Below, in pieces: positions 1-13,324 of a stretch of DNA of 64,000 nucleotides. The DNA is from Rhizophagus irregularis (taxonomy: Eukaryota): assembly GCF_026210795.1 (NCBI RefSeq), contig NC_089436.1, positions 558,001 through 622,000 of the forward strand, read 5' to 3'. A model generated the notes under the pieces. The model ran no database searches. It saw only the letters and a list, made by a program, of their open reading frames with translations, and was not told where the DNA came from. Position 1 is the stretch's first letter, and every line of letters starts with the position of its first letter. The translations under genes and the position numbers were made by a program.

Positions 1-825
1 ATTAATCCAATCTTAATGTAATTTTTTAAACTAAATAATATTTAATTTTAAAGTTTATAAATTATTATTTTAATATAATTAAAATTTTATTAATAAATAT
101 AGTAAAATAAACTTTAAAAAAGAATAGATATTTTATAAAGAAATTTTTTTTTATATTTATATATAGTGGTTTCCAAAAAAACTGCATCAACTTTTTTAAA
201 ATTGTTAATTACCTTTATTAAATCTTTAATCCAATTAAAATAAATATTAAATCAAAAAAACCTGGTATTTTTTTTAGGCATTTTTTAAAATTTTTGAAAA
301 ATTAAACTTTTCATAAAAATTATATTATACTTCTATAATAAAAAAATGTAAAATTAATTATTAAATAAATTTATTTCACTTTAATTTATAAAAATTTTAT
401 TAAAATACCAAATTTCAGTAATTTAATAGTGAATTTCATTTTGATTTACATATATTACATTGAATTTTCAAAATTTTATGATGAAATTCATCTTTGGTGA
501 ATTTCACCTTAATTTATATAATATATAAACAAACTTTTAGCTTTAGAACACCATTTTTTTTTTATTTTTATAATTTTCTTTAAACAATAAAGAATTCTAA
601 TGATTATAATAAAGATATATATAAAATAAAATGCATTTTTATTATCACCATTTAATGATAATTTTACTATAAATTTTTACTTTTATTTTTTATTTTATTT
701 TAAATTGCATGTTTATTTTTATTTTCTTTTTCTTTTTCTATTTTATTATTATTTTTATTTATATTTTATTTGTATTTTATTATTATTGTTATTTTCTTTA
801 TTTGGTTTGTTATCATTTATATTTT

Positions 826-932
826 GATGATCACATCCTATTAGGTGGATATAGCTCATGATAATTTATTTATATGGTATATGAATTTAATATCAATAAA
901 GTATATATAGATCATTAAAAAAAAAAAAAAAA
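826..932 (+). mobile_element. 3' terminus of a non-LTR retrotransposon (LINE) with AATAAA and poly(A) tail
   Basis: The ~100 bp (gatgatcacatcc...ggtggatatagctcat...atcaataaagtatatatagatcatt + A-run) closely match 57373-57479, the poly(A) end of the RNase H-bearing LINE remnant. Confidence 0.7.
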
Positions 933-1530
933 TTCTATTTAATTACTTTATATTATTATTAGATATAGATGTTTAATAATAAAATAATACAAAATTTGAA
1001 ATTTTTTTTTGAGTTGCAAAGTTGCACTTATTATACAATTAGAGATTTGTAAAAAAAAATATTCTAAACATATATTTCATAAACAAAATGTCTATAATAC
1101 TATTTATAATTTATGTCAGAATAATAAAGATAAAAAATCTAACTCTATATTATTTCTTAATCTTTTATTTAAAAGAATCCATATTGAAAAGTTTTTATTC
1201 ATCATACTGGTAATAAAAATCACCTATCAAATATATTTTGAATGTTTTTCAATTAACAAGAATTGTATAAAGAATCCCACTTACTATTAAGATAGGTCAT
1301 CTTATAGCCCAGAGATAATAATTGCATAATTTTACATTAAATGTATAAATTATGCAATAATATATAATTTAGATTTATTGCATCATAAAATTACATAATT
1401 TGAATTCTTTCTATATTGGAACATATAATGCCATAATCTGCAATAAATTGATTTTAATTTATTGCTAATTAAATATTCATTACATGACTAATTTATAGAT
1501 TATTAATTACAATCTCTTTTTTTTCTTACA

Positions 1531-2190
1531 ATGCCAAAAAAATAAAAAATCATATCAGTTTATATTAAATATAATGAATATGAAAACATTTTTTAAGTTG
1601 ATGACAATATTTTCTTTTGTAATTATTGCAATATTTTTGTAAAATGAAAGCATAAATCTGTTGTAAATAATTATTATAATAATCAAAAATATATTTCTAA
1701 TGTAAAAAGCTATAAAAAAAAGTAATAAACTGTAGCAACTTATCTTTTCCTCTACTTAAACAGCTGCTGAATCAAAAAAAAACTTATAAAAGACTTTATA
1801 AAGCATTTCTGGTAGCAGATATTTCTCTTGAAAAAGTCAATTTACTTTTTCCATTTTTTAAAAAATACATTAAAAATAGAAGTTCTATTCTTCAAACTCC
1901 TACTCTCAGGTAAAATTACCTACCTAGTATTTTTGATGAATACTTTCAGTCATTTAAATTACTTTTTGAAAACCTATATCTATAATTATGGATGAAATCA
2001 CTGATGATTGTGTACAAAATGTTATAAATATACTTTTTTACTATCATAATGAAACAAAATTAGTTCCAATTAATTTTCTTGAACATGTTAATAATACTAT
2101 GATAGTAGGACAAGTTTTTACAATAATCCTTACTCACTTTAATATATCCTTCAATTTATCTTATTTATTTTTATCAGATTTAGCTGTGTA
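1531..2190 (+). pseudogene. Degenerate hAT-related (CGGBP1/DUF659-like) transposase fragment
   Basis: Broken frames read MPKNKK..FFCNYCN (Zn finger) and SIIMDEITDD..FLSDLAVY (RNase H-like core, ORF 1988-2209). There are many stops, and it is cut at 2190 by a TIR. Confidence 0.5.
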
Positions 2191-2374
2191 CAATCAACTT
2201 CCTTTATAGTTACTCCTGTTATAGTCATACTCTACTATATAGTCACACCAGTTGAATGTTCAAATACTTTATTATTAAAATCTATCCTATATAGTCACAA
2301 TCTATCTATAGTCACTATTACACCTATCCTTAAAAATCTTATATTAAAAAGAACCATTTATAATCACAGTTATA
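2191..2374 (+). mobile_element. Left arm of a Tc1/pogo-like non-autonomous element
   Basis: TA|caatcaacttcctttatagttac is an imperfect inverted copy of gtgactataaaaagagttgactg|TA ending at 23256. Both arms carry tatagtcac repeats. Confidence 0.5.
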
Positions 2375-3545
2375 CACAGGTCAAAAAAGAATCTATCATA
2401 CACATATCGGGTACCTATATATCGGTAACCAATTAGGTACATATCGGGTATATATACATATTAACAATATATCGGGTACCCGATTTGATTTTTAATGTGA
2501 AACTTCAAATATAGTTAAATTATCAGGTATCCGATATCTAAACTATTAGTTACCAGTATGTTATATAATATATATCAGGTATCCGATATGTGTATCACCG
2601 GTCAAAATCGATTCTATCAGGTACATATCGGGTACCTATATATCAGTGACTAATCAGTTATATATCGGGCATTTTTACATATCAGGTACCCGATTTATCA
2701 CATTAAAAATACTCCTAAAAATTGAGACCCTGATATCTAAACTATTAGTCACCAATATATTTCTAATAGATATCGGGCACCGATATTTGTATGAAATTCT
2801 AATAATCGGAGGTACTATGTGTGACACAAATTTTTCTATTTGGTTAAAATCTAATCGACAGTCATCTGACTGATCATTAATAATTTTTAAGATCGTTTAA
2901 ATATATATTTATTCTTTTTTTTAGAATGCTGGATCTCTTGTTTGTAGAATAACGGGACTTCTTTTTTCGCTGGATTTTTGAATGAATCTGGATTGGAATG
3001 TAGTAAGAAATAGAGAAGGGGAGAAGAACTTTTTGTTAATTTTAAAGAAACATAGTAAGGAATAGAGGGGAGATTTCCTTTTAATATTAAAGAAACGTAC
3101 TAACATTTCTTTCTTTCTTTTTTTAGGTTTTCAGACTTTTTGAATAGAACTTGAGCTTGAAATGTAAGAAATAGAGGAGGAGGGGGTTTCTTTTTAATAT
3201 TAAAGAAACGTACTAACATTTCTTTCTTTTTTTACTGATACTATATATATATATAAATGTTGATTCTTATAAGTACATTGCTTAAAAAAAACGTTACATT
3301 AATATTGAATACATCAATTTCTTATGTGCCATAGGCCAAAGATCGTGTTTTAGTAGGTTTTATATATAAAAGTTCCTTTAAAAATAAAATATGTATTGTG
3401 ATTACAAAATAATTCCTAATATATGGAATTTTTATAAAACTTTATTATTTTTTTTTTAAAAAAAAATTATATTAAAAATTATTCATACGATAAAAAAAAA
3501 TATAAAAAAAACATTATTGAATATTATAATATATTACGAAAAGAA

Positions 3546-3700
3546 CATCTGACCACAATCAGAATGCTGTTCGACCCCAATCGAACTAAGTCCAATTACA
3601 ATTGGACTAAAAAAAAAAATTTACATCTGACCACAATCAGAATACTGTTCGACCCCATCCCCCGACTAAGTCCAATTACAATTGGACTAAAGAAAAAAAA
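3546..3700. repeat. Two ~70-bp tandem direct repeats, each with the palindrome agtccaatt-ac-aattggact
   Basis: acatctgaccacaatcagaat..ctgttcgacccc..actaagtccaattacaattggactaaa occurs at ~3546 and ~3623. Confidence 0.85.
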
Positions 3701-3859
3701 TTTTTTTGCTGACCCAAAAAAAAAAGAAATTGGCTGCCCCACTTAAACATAAAAAAAAAATTCAGCCGATCTGATCTGAAAAAAGTTAAATAATTAGATT
3801 CAAAAAATTAGTAATAATAATTTTAAAATTTTACTTACAAAAATTATAAAAAAAAAGCT

Positions 3860-4603
3860 CTAGTGCCAAGGCTCTTTCTGTCTATTAGATTTACAATCCT
3901 TTGCTTGGTGCCTGGTACTTTTCCAACACTTTATACAACTTCCCCTATATTTTGGAGGTATTTGGTGGCAATTTACTAGCCAATGTGGGCCATAGCAATA
4001 TAAACAAAAAATTTTTGATGAATCACCTGTTTTTGTAATTTTAAAAATTTTTATATAATAAGTCATTAGATAATTTATAAACTTTAATTTCGTATTAAAT
4101 TAATAAATACTAGACTGGTGTAACGGTTGTAGTGGTTGTTGTTGTAATTGTTGTGGTTGTTGGTATGGTTGGTGCTTGGCAGCTGTTGTTACTAATAATA
4201 AATATAATGGAAATTTTTATATTAATAACTAAATTGATAGGACATTTTTTCTCAAAAGTGAATTGTTAAAAATTTCTTACTAATATTGCTAATATGAGAT
4301 AACGAAGAAATATATTTATCTGTTTCATAACTAAAAAATATATTTAAAATTATATTTAGGAATTTCTTTTTATTTATATTTTTATATTAATTATTTTACT
4401 TACGAATCATTCTTTTTAAGTGCGTCAACAGTAAGTTTATAAATTTCCTTTATTCCATCTTTATAAACTTGACTTGCGATCTTTTGAGCTTCTAACAACA
4501 ATATCTTATTTTTATCAGTTTTTTCAATTTTTTCATCTTCGTGACGAAACGTCTTACTTTTTTCAGGTTTTTCAATATTAGATTCATGGTTTTTTTTGTA
4601 CAT
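3860..4603 (-). CDS. Putative small multi-exon gene ending in two CCHC zinc-knuckle-like motifs (transposon cargo)
   Basis: ORF 3860-4066 has CLYCYGPHWLVNC and CIKCWKSTRHQAKDC. Upstream ORF 4400-4603 ends at a GTAAGT donor, with a Q/P-rich segment at ~4113-4190 in between. Exon joins are uncertain. Confidence 0.4.
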
Positions 4604-5003
4604 TTTAATAGAAATAAAAAAATGTAGGAAAAAAAATAAAAAACGCGTACATTTTATCTTTTTAAAAAAAACTCTTATGAAAAAAAAAAAAATTGATGTT
4701 AAAATGTTAAATTGGGGAATAAACCATTATTTTATAATATTTTTTAGAAAATCATGACGTTATAATTGATAATCTAAAGATTAAGAGCATGATAAACTTA
4801 GCTATATAAATCAATAAATAATGCTTTCCAGTAACCAAAAATGAATATCAGACAGTACCACATGAAAATACAGTATTTATATATAATCTTGCACATTAGA
4901 AATCAAATCGGATACCTAATATGTTGTTAATATGCATATATATATACCCGATATGTATCTAATTGGTTACCAGGTATCCGATATCTAAATTATTAGTTAC
5001 CAA

Positions 5004-5230
5004 CAGTGTTGGAAATTCAATGTGCGGAGTGTGCGCGCGCACAAATTTTAAAAACTCCGCACATGACCAAAAATTTTTGCGTGCGCTTTGCGCACACAAA
5101 AATTTGCATATCTGACACATTCTTGTATATTTTACACATTTCCGCACATTGCATATGAATTTGCGCACATAAAAATTTCAAATAATGTGCGCATTCTGCA
5201 CATGATTTAAAATCTGAATTTCCAACACTG
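5004..5230. mobile_element. hAT-type MITE, 227 bp
   Basis: Perfect 16-bp TIR cagtgttggaaattca/tgaatttccaacactg and perfect 8-bp TSD gttaccaa (4996-5003, 5231-5238). Internal tgcgcac repeats. Confidence 0.92.
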
Positions 5231-5549
5231 GTTACCAATATGTTATATAATACCCGATATGTGTAGGATTTTTTAATTTAAATAATATTTTGAAATTACA
5301 TGTTTGTTAATTAAAATTTTGTTCCAATTAATCTATTTCGATATTTTTTATAAGCTTATAATAAATAAAATATAACAAAATACATTGTTTTGCTAAATGT
5401 TAGCTTTTATGCAGATCAAATCAGATTAGATCTGTTCGATCTAAAGTTTAATCATTCAATTTATTATATAATCCAATAAAGTAAACTTATTTAAGACTAG
5501 ATTATAACAAGTATTACATAAAAAAAAGAATTATTTTGATTTATGTTTC

Positions 5550-6769
5550 TTATTTTTTTTTGATTTGACCTTTTTTTGGTTTTTTTTTCTTTTTTTTACT
5601 AGAATTTGTTCTGTTTTGAATTTCTTCTTCATTATTATTTTCATCTTCAATATCATTATCACTATTATTCTGATCATCAGTATTATAGTCATATACTGGA
5701 ATATTGACATTTGAATAGTTAAATTGTTCAAGTGCATCCTGATTAAGGCACCAACTTGGTACACCTATGGGTGGCACGTTAGATGTATTGTATCTTGATT
5801 GACTTGATTGAGCTCTTTTACGTTTTAAAGTTAATGGTTTCTTTTTTAATAATTCGACTGTTGGATCAATTCGGTCGTGTAATAATCTCAAAAGCTTAAA
5901 TAAATAAATTATTATTAATATTTTTAATAAATAAAACAAATAAAATAAAAATTATACATACTGCAGGAGAACGCCACCATTTATTATGAATGTATATTGA
6001 TGATGACTTTTGTTTTATAGCTTCCTCAATAATTTCATCATCTTCAACTACTGCAGATTGCGTAATGGGCCATTCTTCCTCAGGATCAGTTTCTTCCCAC
6101 TCTTCTGAGTGGTAACCTGAATCCTTAAGAATCTTTACTAGATCCTCCTCCGGATATCTGAGAATATATTTATTTTTATTCTCTATTAAGTAATTTGTTG
6201 CGTGCGCCCTTCTTTTCTTCTTCTAATAATGTAATTATAAAATGCAGTAAAGTTAACTAAAATTCTATTTCATATTAATTAAATATTTACTTACCTCTTG
6301 CATTCTTGAATTTTTACTTGATCTTCTCTTGTTTTGTTTAACTCTTTCATCTCCTTGATTTTTGATATTACTTGTACGATGTCTAGAACGCCACCGTCCA
6401 TACAACATTTTTAATAATTTTCTATTCGTAATGCTGTATTTTTTATTTACAATTTTATATAGAGGTGGCAGTAGCTTCGTAACTATATTCTCCTTTTGTT
6501 CGACCCAAGTTAGTTTTTCGTCTATTTTATAGATATCTTTTAGTTCGAGTCGACCCATATAAACACTTCTTGCTATAAAATAATAGGCAAACATAAATAA
6601 AATAAAAAAAACCAGAAATAATAAATAAATTATAATAAATAATACTTGCTTTAATCATTTTATATGATGATGAAGACGAAGATAAAGAGGAAGAGGAAGA
6701 GGAAGAGGAAGTAGAAGAGGAAGAGGAAGTGGAAGAAGAAGAAGAATTAGATTCCCGATCACTATCCAT
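5550..6769 (-). CDS. Spliced accessory gene of the CACTA element (hypothetical protein), divergent from the transposase
   Basis: Four exon blocks joined by short GT-AG introns: a Ser-rich start; RSVYMGRL..RWRSRHR..RMQE; KKKRR..HSEEWEETD..KWWRSPA; LLRLLHDRID..PPIGVPSWCL followed by an acidic then Lys-rich tail. Confidence 0.7.
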
Positions 6770-6914
6770 TATTACTTATATATTTTAGTTAAAATATAAA
6801 ATTTTGATTGAAAAGAGGAGAAAAGGGTTTGTGTAAATTTATATTGATTTCAGAATCATAAAGACACGAAAAACACGAATACGCAAATGTTATGATAGGA
6901 TGTGTGAATAAGAA

Positions 6915-7066
6915 TTAAACGCGAACTGATTCTAATCTAAAAAAAGAACGCGAACTAATTCGAATCTAAAAAAGAATTAAACGCGAATCTGATTTTGAAA
7001 GAAAAACGTGACCCTAAAAGAATTGAATGTGTAACTGGATTTCAAAAGGTGTTGAACGCGAACCCT
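6915..7066. promoter_or_regulatory. Cluster of AACGCGAA motifs in the bidirectional promoter between the accessory gene and the transposase
   Basis: aacgcgaa occurs 4 times, plus aacgtga and aatgtgtaa variants, within ~150 bp of CpG-poor DNA. Confidence 0.45.
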
Positions 7067-7149
7067 AATTTTGAAAAATAAGCTTCATTTAAGTAATTGT
7101 AACTTTAACTTTCTTGACACTTACATTTTAATAAATATATTTTAATAAA

Positions 7150-10100
7150 ATGAATAATAAAAAAAAGTAAAACCTCTACCTCTACCTCTGTGTCTGATTT
7201 AGTAAAACCCAAAAAAACTAAAATTGAAATCTCTGTGTCTGATTTAATAAAATCAAAAAAAAGTAAAGTTGAATCATCTGCCTCTGTATCCTATTTAATA
7301 AAATCTAAAATGGATAATTCAATAAAATCTAAAAAAACAAAGATGGTCGATTTAATAAAATCCAAAAAAAGGTACCTGTATCCATGTCTTTGTATTCGTT
7401 GTAATGGCACAAAGGTTGATTTTCGCACTCAAGAAAATCACACAAAGGAGAAAAGTTTATGGAACTCAGAGAATGCTAGAAAAAATCAGGCAGATACTAT
7501 TATAGCGAGAAAACAAAGAAAATCCATCATTATTCAAGATGCGAACCCTACAAAAAAGCGAAAAAGAAAAAGGGCATTAAATCCTAATCCTAATTCTTTC
7601 CAACAAAATAATGTCTTTGATCTTTTCAATGAAGAAACTGATTCATCCCAATCAAATAATAATGAAAACATACATACATTATTTTCATCATCACCATCAT
7701 TGCCAAATCCTTCTTATTTTCATATTCCAGCACCTGATGAAAATAAGGATAATGATGAATATATATATTATAATGAAGAAGAAGAAGAAAATGATGAATA
7801 TATATATTACAATGAAGAAGAAGAAGAAAATGATGATGATGAGGATGATGGTGATAATGATGAGGATAATGGTGATGAAAATAATGGTGCTGAGAATAAT
7901 GATGGTGAAGATGAAGGTGATTATAATGAAGATGATGATGATGATAATGATGGAAATGATGAGGAGGAGAAGGATGATATAGAAGAATTTTTTGCATCTC
8001 CTGAATTTGATAATAATGAAGTATTTGTAATGGAAAGCTTAAGTGATTCTATTAATACTGAGATTATAATATGGTTATTTAAATTTCAACAAAGATTTCG
8101 ATTACCTGATGTGGCACTTGAAGCATTAATAAAATTCTTACATATTGTACTTACTCGTTTAAATAAATCACAATTTAAAAATTTTCCAGCATCCTTATAT
8201 CTTGCAAAAAAAATGTTAAATATCTTTCAACCAAAAATGCAGTTAACTGTATGTAACAATTGTCATAAATTATATAATGTTAAAAATATTGTTGAATATA
8301 AAGAAGGAGGAAAAACTGCTATTGCAAATTGCCTACATGAAGAATTCCCAAATAATCCAGTACCCAGTCGTCGTAATAAATGCAATAATCCACTTTCTAT
8401 TCTTAAAAAAAAAGAAAGTGGAATAATTGCTGAACCTCGTATGATTTACCCTAAACCAAGTATTCGTCAACAATTAAGTATGTTATACCAACGACCTGGT
8501 TTTGAAAATATGCTAAAATTATCAGGAGTTCAAAGAGAAAGAGTTAATATCTATTCAGATATTTATGATGGTAATGTGTGGAAAACCTTTTCTTTTGATG
8601 GTAGTCCATTTTTTACATCAGAAACTGCCACAACCAATTTAGGTCTTCTTGTTAACCTTGACTGGTTTCAGCCATTTACATATACACAACACAGTACAGG
8701 TGCTATATATGCATCTATTTGTAACTTACCAAGATCAGAAAGGAATAAACCTGAAAATATTATATATTTGGGTTTTTTGCCAGGTCCAAAAGAAGTGGGA
8801 TTAGATCGTATTAATCATTATTTAGCCCCTATTGTAGACGAGCTTTTAGAGCTCTGGAGGGGCTGGAGAGTTCCAAAAACTTACCATTATCCTGATGGTC
8901 TAGACATTAAAGTTGCATTAATTGTTGGATCATCAGATATACCAGCCACACGAAAGTTGTTTGGACATGGATCTGCATTAATGAAATGCCATAGGTGTGA
9001 GAAACGTAGTGTTTATAGTGAAGAGTATAGAAAAAATCACTATGGAGGAGTTCATACTTATGAGTTGAGTAACGCAGAATCACATAGAAAACATGCATAT
9101 GAATGGTTGCAATGCAACTCAAAAAATTCTAGAGAAGATCATTTCAAAGAATATGGTATACGTTGGTCTGAATTGCTTCGTCTTCCATATATGGATCCCA
9201 TACGTTTTGCTGTAGTAGATCCAATGCATTGCCTTTTTCTTGGTGTAGCAAAATGGATAATTAAATCTATTTTTGTGAGCCAGGAAAAATTAAGTATGGA
9301 ACAACTTCGAGTGGCACAAAATAGAATGGATCATGTTAAATTACCTTCTGATATTGGTCGTATTCCTCCAAAAATTGCGATTGGAAGTGATGGATTTTCA
9401 AACTTAACTGCTGATCAATGGAAAACCTTTATTATGATTTAATTCTACAGCTATCTTGTGGGATATGTTAGATGATAATGACAGAAAGATTTTAGGATAT
9501 TTTGTTCGAGCATGTAATCTTTTGGTAACAAGAATTATTACTGAAGATGATTTAAAAGAAGCACAAGAGAGATTAAAAGATATGGCTTACCTTATAGAAA
9601 ACACATATGGACCAGAATTCATAACAAGTAATATACATCTTTCGCTTCACATTCCTGATTGCTGTCGTGATTATGGTCCTATATATAGTTTTTGGCTTTT
9701 TCCATTTGAGAGACTTAACGGATATATAGGTAGGATACTTGATGATTTTGTTGTCTTCTGATATCTTTTTTTAAAAAAAAATATAATCTATTATCTTTAG
9801 GATCATATCCCAACAGTAACCGAAAAATAGAACCTGAATTGATGAAAATTGTCCTTAAAAATACTTTAGTTGATTATCATCTAACATGTAAATGGACATC
9901 CGGCCTTTTAGATGAATCTCTTTGCTTTCTTGTAAAAAAAAAAGATGTAGGTAGTTTGGCACTTACAGCAGAAAGAGAAGAGTTACAATATTTCCTATCC
10001 ATGAGACATAGCACATCTAAAATATATGGTACTGAAGCAATACCAGGTCAACTGCTTAAACCATCATATTTAAGAGTTGTTATTCCTTCAGAATTGCGAA

Positions 10101-10609
10101 TGTTTCTATGTGAATGGTATGAAATGTTGTATGAGAAAGATCATGATGAAATATTAGGATTTATGGACTTACAAATTAACCAGCATGCAAGATTACAAAT
10201 TGGCTCAGAAATATTTGGATCTGTGATTGCAGGTCGTCATGAAACAAATTCAACTATTCTTGCGAAATGGAAAGCATTTAGTGATGAAACAATTGACATA
10301 TATCCAGGAGAGGTTCAATATTACTTTGAACATACACTTAGGTTACCTGAAGGGTCAAGAACTCATCTTTTGGCATATGTCAAATGGTATAAGAATGCAC
10401 CTTCCTCTGATATTCGGTTTAAACATAGGTTTATAGAACCAGAATTATCAAACACTGAATTATGGAAGGGTGAATACTATGAGGAAGGTTGTGATTCACT
10501 AATAGCGGTCCATAGAATATTATGTAGAGCCACAAAAATTAGAAACATTCGAGTCGGTAAACAAAATTATATATCAATAATGCCATTAAATAGAAAATTT
10601 AATTTATAA
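7150..10609 (+). CDS. EnSpm/CACTA Tnp2-family (Transposase_21 + DUF4218-like) transposase with two apparent +1 frameshifts
   Basis: Motifs DIYDG..W, NLDWFQPF, STGAIYASICNLP, GFLPGPKE, DIPATRK, CHRC, ELLRLPY, VDPMHCLFLG, TADQWK, HLSLHI..YGP..FWLFPFERLNG. Intron 9730-9800 (GTAGGA..TTTAG) joins GYIG/SYPNSNRK. An extra A in the A8 run 7159-7166 and an extra base at ~9441 (MIYSTAILW) break the frame. Confidence 0.9.
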
Positions 10610-11034
10610 ATATTAATTCCGGATTGAATGTTTTTTACAATTATACAAACAATAAAACGTGATGAAACATAATTGACTGAAACATTCCTTAATAGTTAAC
10701 TTGAAACTAAAAATAGTTAGTCTTATTAGTCAACATGTACATCCCTCACATACAGCACTATAACAGGTATGTCAAATATATCATTATACTGAAATTACTG
10801 ATATTACTTTTCTTATAGTGGATAAGTATATATGTTGAGTTATACATAATTAGATAATTAGATCTTTTAATTTGATATTAATCTACACCGTAAATGGAAC
10901 TTAATTCGAACTTAATTCGATCTTAATTTACACCGTTTTAGAATAGTATCAAACAATTAGACAAATGATTGATATACCGATATTACCGATATTTAATATA
11001 CTGATATTCAATATACTGATATATCAATATAGGT
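10586..11034 (+). repeat. Direct repeat copy 1 (transposase C-terminus plus 3' flank)
   Basis: ttaaatagaaaatttaatttata..gttgactgaaacatt..agtcaacatgtacatccc..tagaatagtatc..ataggt recurs at 19639-20035. Confidence 0.85.
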
Positions 11035-13324
11035 GGTCGAATAAAGAAGTATCTATATTTTTTTAAACGATGACTTTATTAGTGCTGAGAATTATCGATA
11101 TCTAGTGGCTTGAGTTTTCGCAACACGTTTCCTATTTACATTGATACAAACTACACATCATCTTTTTCTTTACCTACAATACCTGCCAATTCTATTTTCC
11201 CACCATTACCAACTATTCGTCACATCAAAATATTATTCGTCTTTCAACGTTCCAGATACGAGGTTGTTCAAATTAGTCCACGCCGTGGTTTGAAATCCCG
11301 TTTTTATTTATCAGCTCGTCCTGACTTCTTAGTTGTAATCCCTTTCCTAATTCATCTTCTATCCCGATTTGATATACTATTCATCATATCCTTTTCATTG
11401 GTGACGAATTTCGTTCTTAAGAACACCACATCTCCTTCTTCAAAATCTTCAATTTGAGTTACTTTAAGGTATACCACCCCGTCAGGTCAGCATCATTTAA
11501 TCTTATTACAACCATAACTTCCTTTATGATGTATTTTTGCGTTAAATGTTTGGTAGACTCATGGATGTAACAGATAATTGAGTTTTTGTTTTTAGTTTTA
11601 GTGGAATGTAATAAAAAATGAATAATCTAATGTTGTGAGTTTTATAGCTTTATTTTTTAAAGCTTCCAAATTCTAAATATTACGATTTGTTTATTTTGAA
11701 AGAAAAAAAAGGAGGAATGCGAAGCAATACGAATTTTTTCTCATGAAAAAAAAGTGGCTTCGCTATAATCACAAGAAGATGACAGTGAAAAAGAAATCTC
11801 ACACATTTTTCATAAGTTTTTTTACAAAATCCCTATATCTCATACTTCCTTATAGAAAAATATGAAATTACCAAATCATCATCTTAAAAAAAATACATGT
11901 TAAATCTTACATCTTTATAAACAAAAAAAAAATATTTTTTCTAATAATTTACAGAGACGTTTATTTTTTTTAATGAAAAAGGAGTATGAAAAATGGGGAA
12001 TTTGATTCTTTCTTAAAACGGTTCAGGCCCTTATAATTTACAAGGAATAAACCCGTTGATTGCAAGAAAGAAAATTTTTTTTCTTTTTGCAATTTATAAC
12101 CGGTTTAAATAATCGAAATAGAGCTGCATATTGTTTGAAAACGATAATCCAAATTTTTTTTTACTTGTATAACAAACATAAAAATGAATTTTTTTAAAAA
12201 AAAATTTTTTTTTATTTATAAGACCCATCTTCCCATGGGGCTATAATTTAAGATTCAATCCAAATAGAAATCGAAAAGGAATAGGAATCTGGATCTGAAT
12301 CGATTACATATTTTTTCCTATTTTGGCCAGGCAGATCCAACTAAAAAAGAATATACGTTGCAAGTGTTTTGAAGATCTTAACTCGAGAACTTTATGGGAA
12401 CATATAAAAATAAAAATAATATAGAATCCTTTAATAAAATTCATAAAAGGTATTTTGTAAAACATCTTACAGATTACAGAATAGGAAAAAGGCATTATAC
12501 CTGACGTAATATGCCATAATAATTACGGCTACAAATTTCTTTTTTTTTTTTATTTTTAAATAGTAACGCATTTTTATTAATTATTTATTAGTAAATACAT
12601 AATTATATAAAAATACTTAGAGCCTAATCCAAAAAAAAGATTAAACCCTATAACTAAGTATTCTGTAACAAAATCTAAAAAAAAATAAAAAATTTTAGTA
12701 TATACTAAACTCATGATGTAATGTTTATCAATATCTATTATTTTTTTTTTTGGATAAAAATTATTTATAACTGATAAGGTGCAAATTCGATAAAAAAGAG
12801 AATAAGCTCTACTCTATAATCTATAATCGAATCGAGGATTAAGAATAAATTTATAAATCAAAAAAAATCATAATTTTATATATAATCTAAATCTATAATA
12901 AATAGAAGAATATAAATTTTTCGAAGTTAATTTGTCTAGTAAAATCTAACCAAAAAAGAATATACTGGGTAAGTGTTTCGATGATCATTTAGACACTACT
13001 CCATAGTAATTAACTTTATTCGTACACTGTAATACATTTTTACAAAGTACAAAACCAATAAGAAATCAGTAGCTGTTTTCTATACCAGAATAAAAAAATT
13101 TTTTTTTTAAATTTCGGTTTAAAAAAAAACCGAAAAAAATAGATTTATTAAAAAAAAAAATTTTTTATTTATTATTTTAATCGTTTTTTTAAGAGAATAT
13201 ACAAAATCTATAAAATAAATCTTTATTTAGTTTGGTAATACCATTACCTCCTTCCATACTAAAGCCATTACACATACAGTAACGTTATACTGAATAGAAA
13301 TTTCTACAGAAGAAACTTTATTAA

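Noticed and set aside
7611..7997. Met-rich (+) and His-rich (-) ORFs
   Set aside because: Shadow frames of the GAT/GAA acidic tract in the transposase.
11110..11560. ORF 11110-11457 and a coding-like minus strand
   Set aside because: The minus strand looks like a broken gene fragment, but no family could be recognised.
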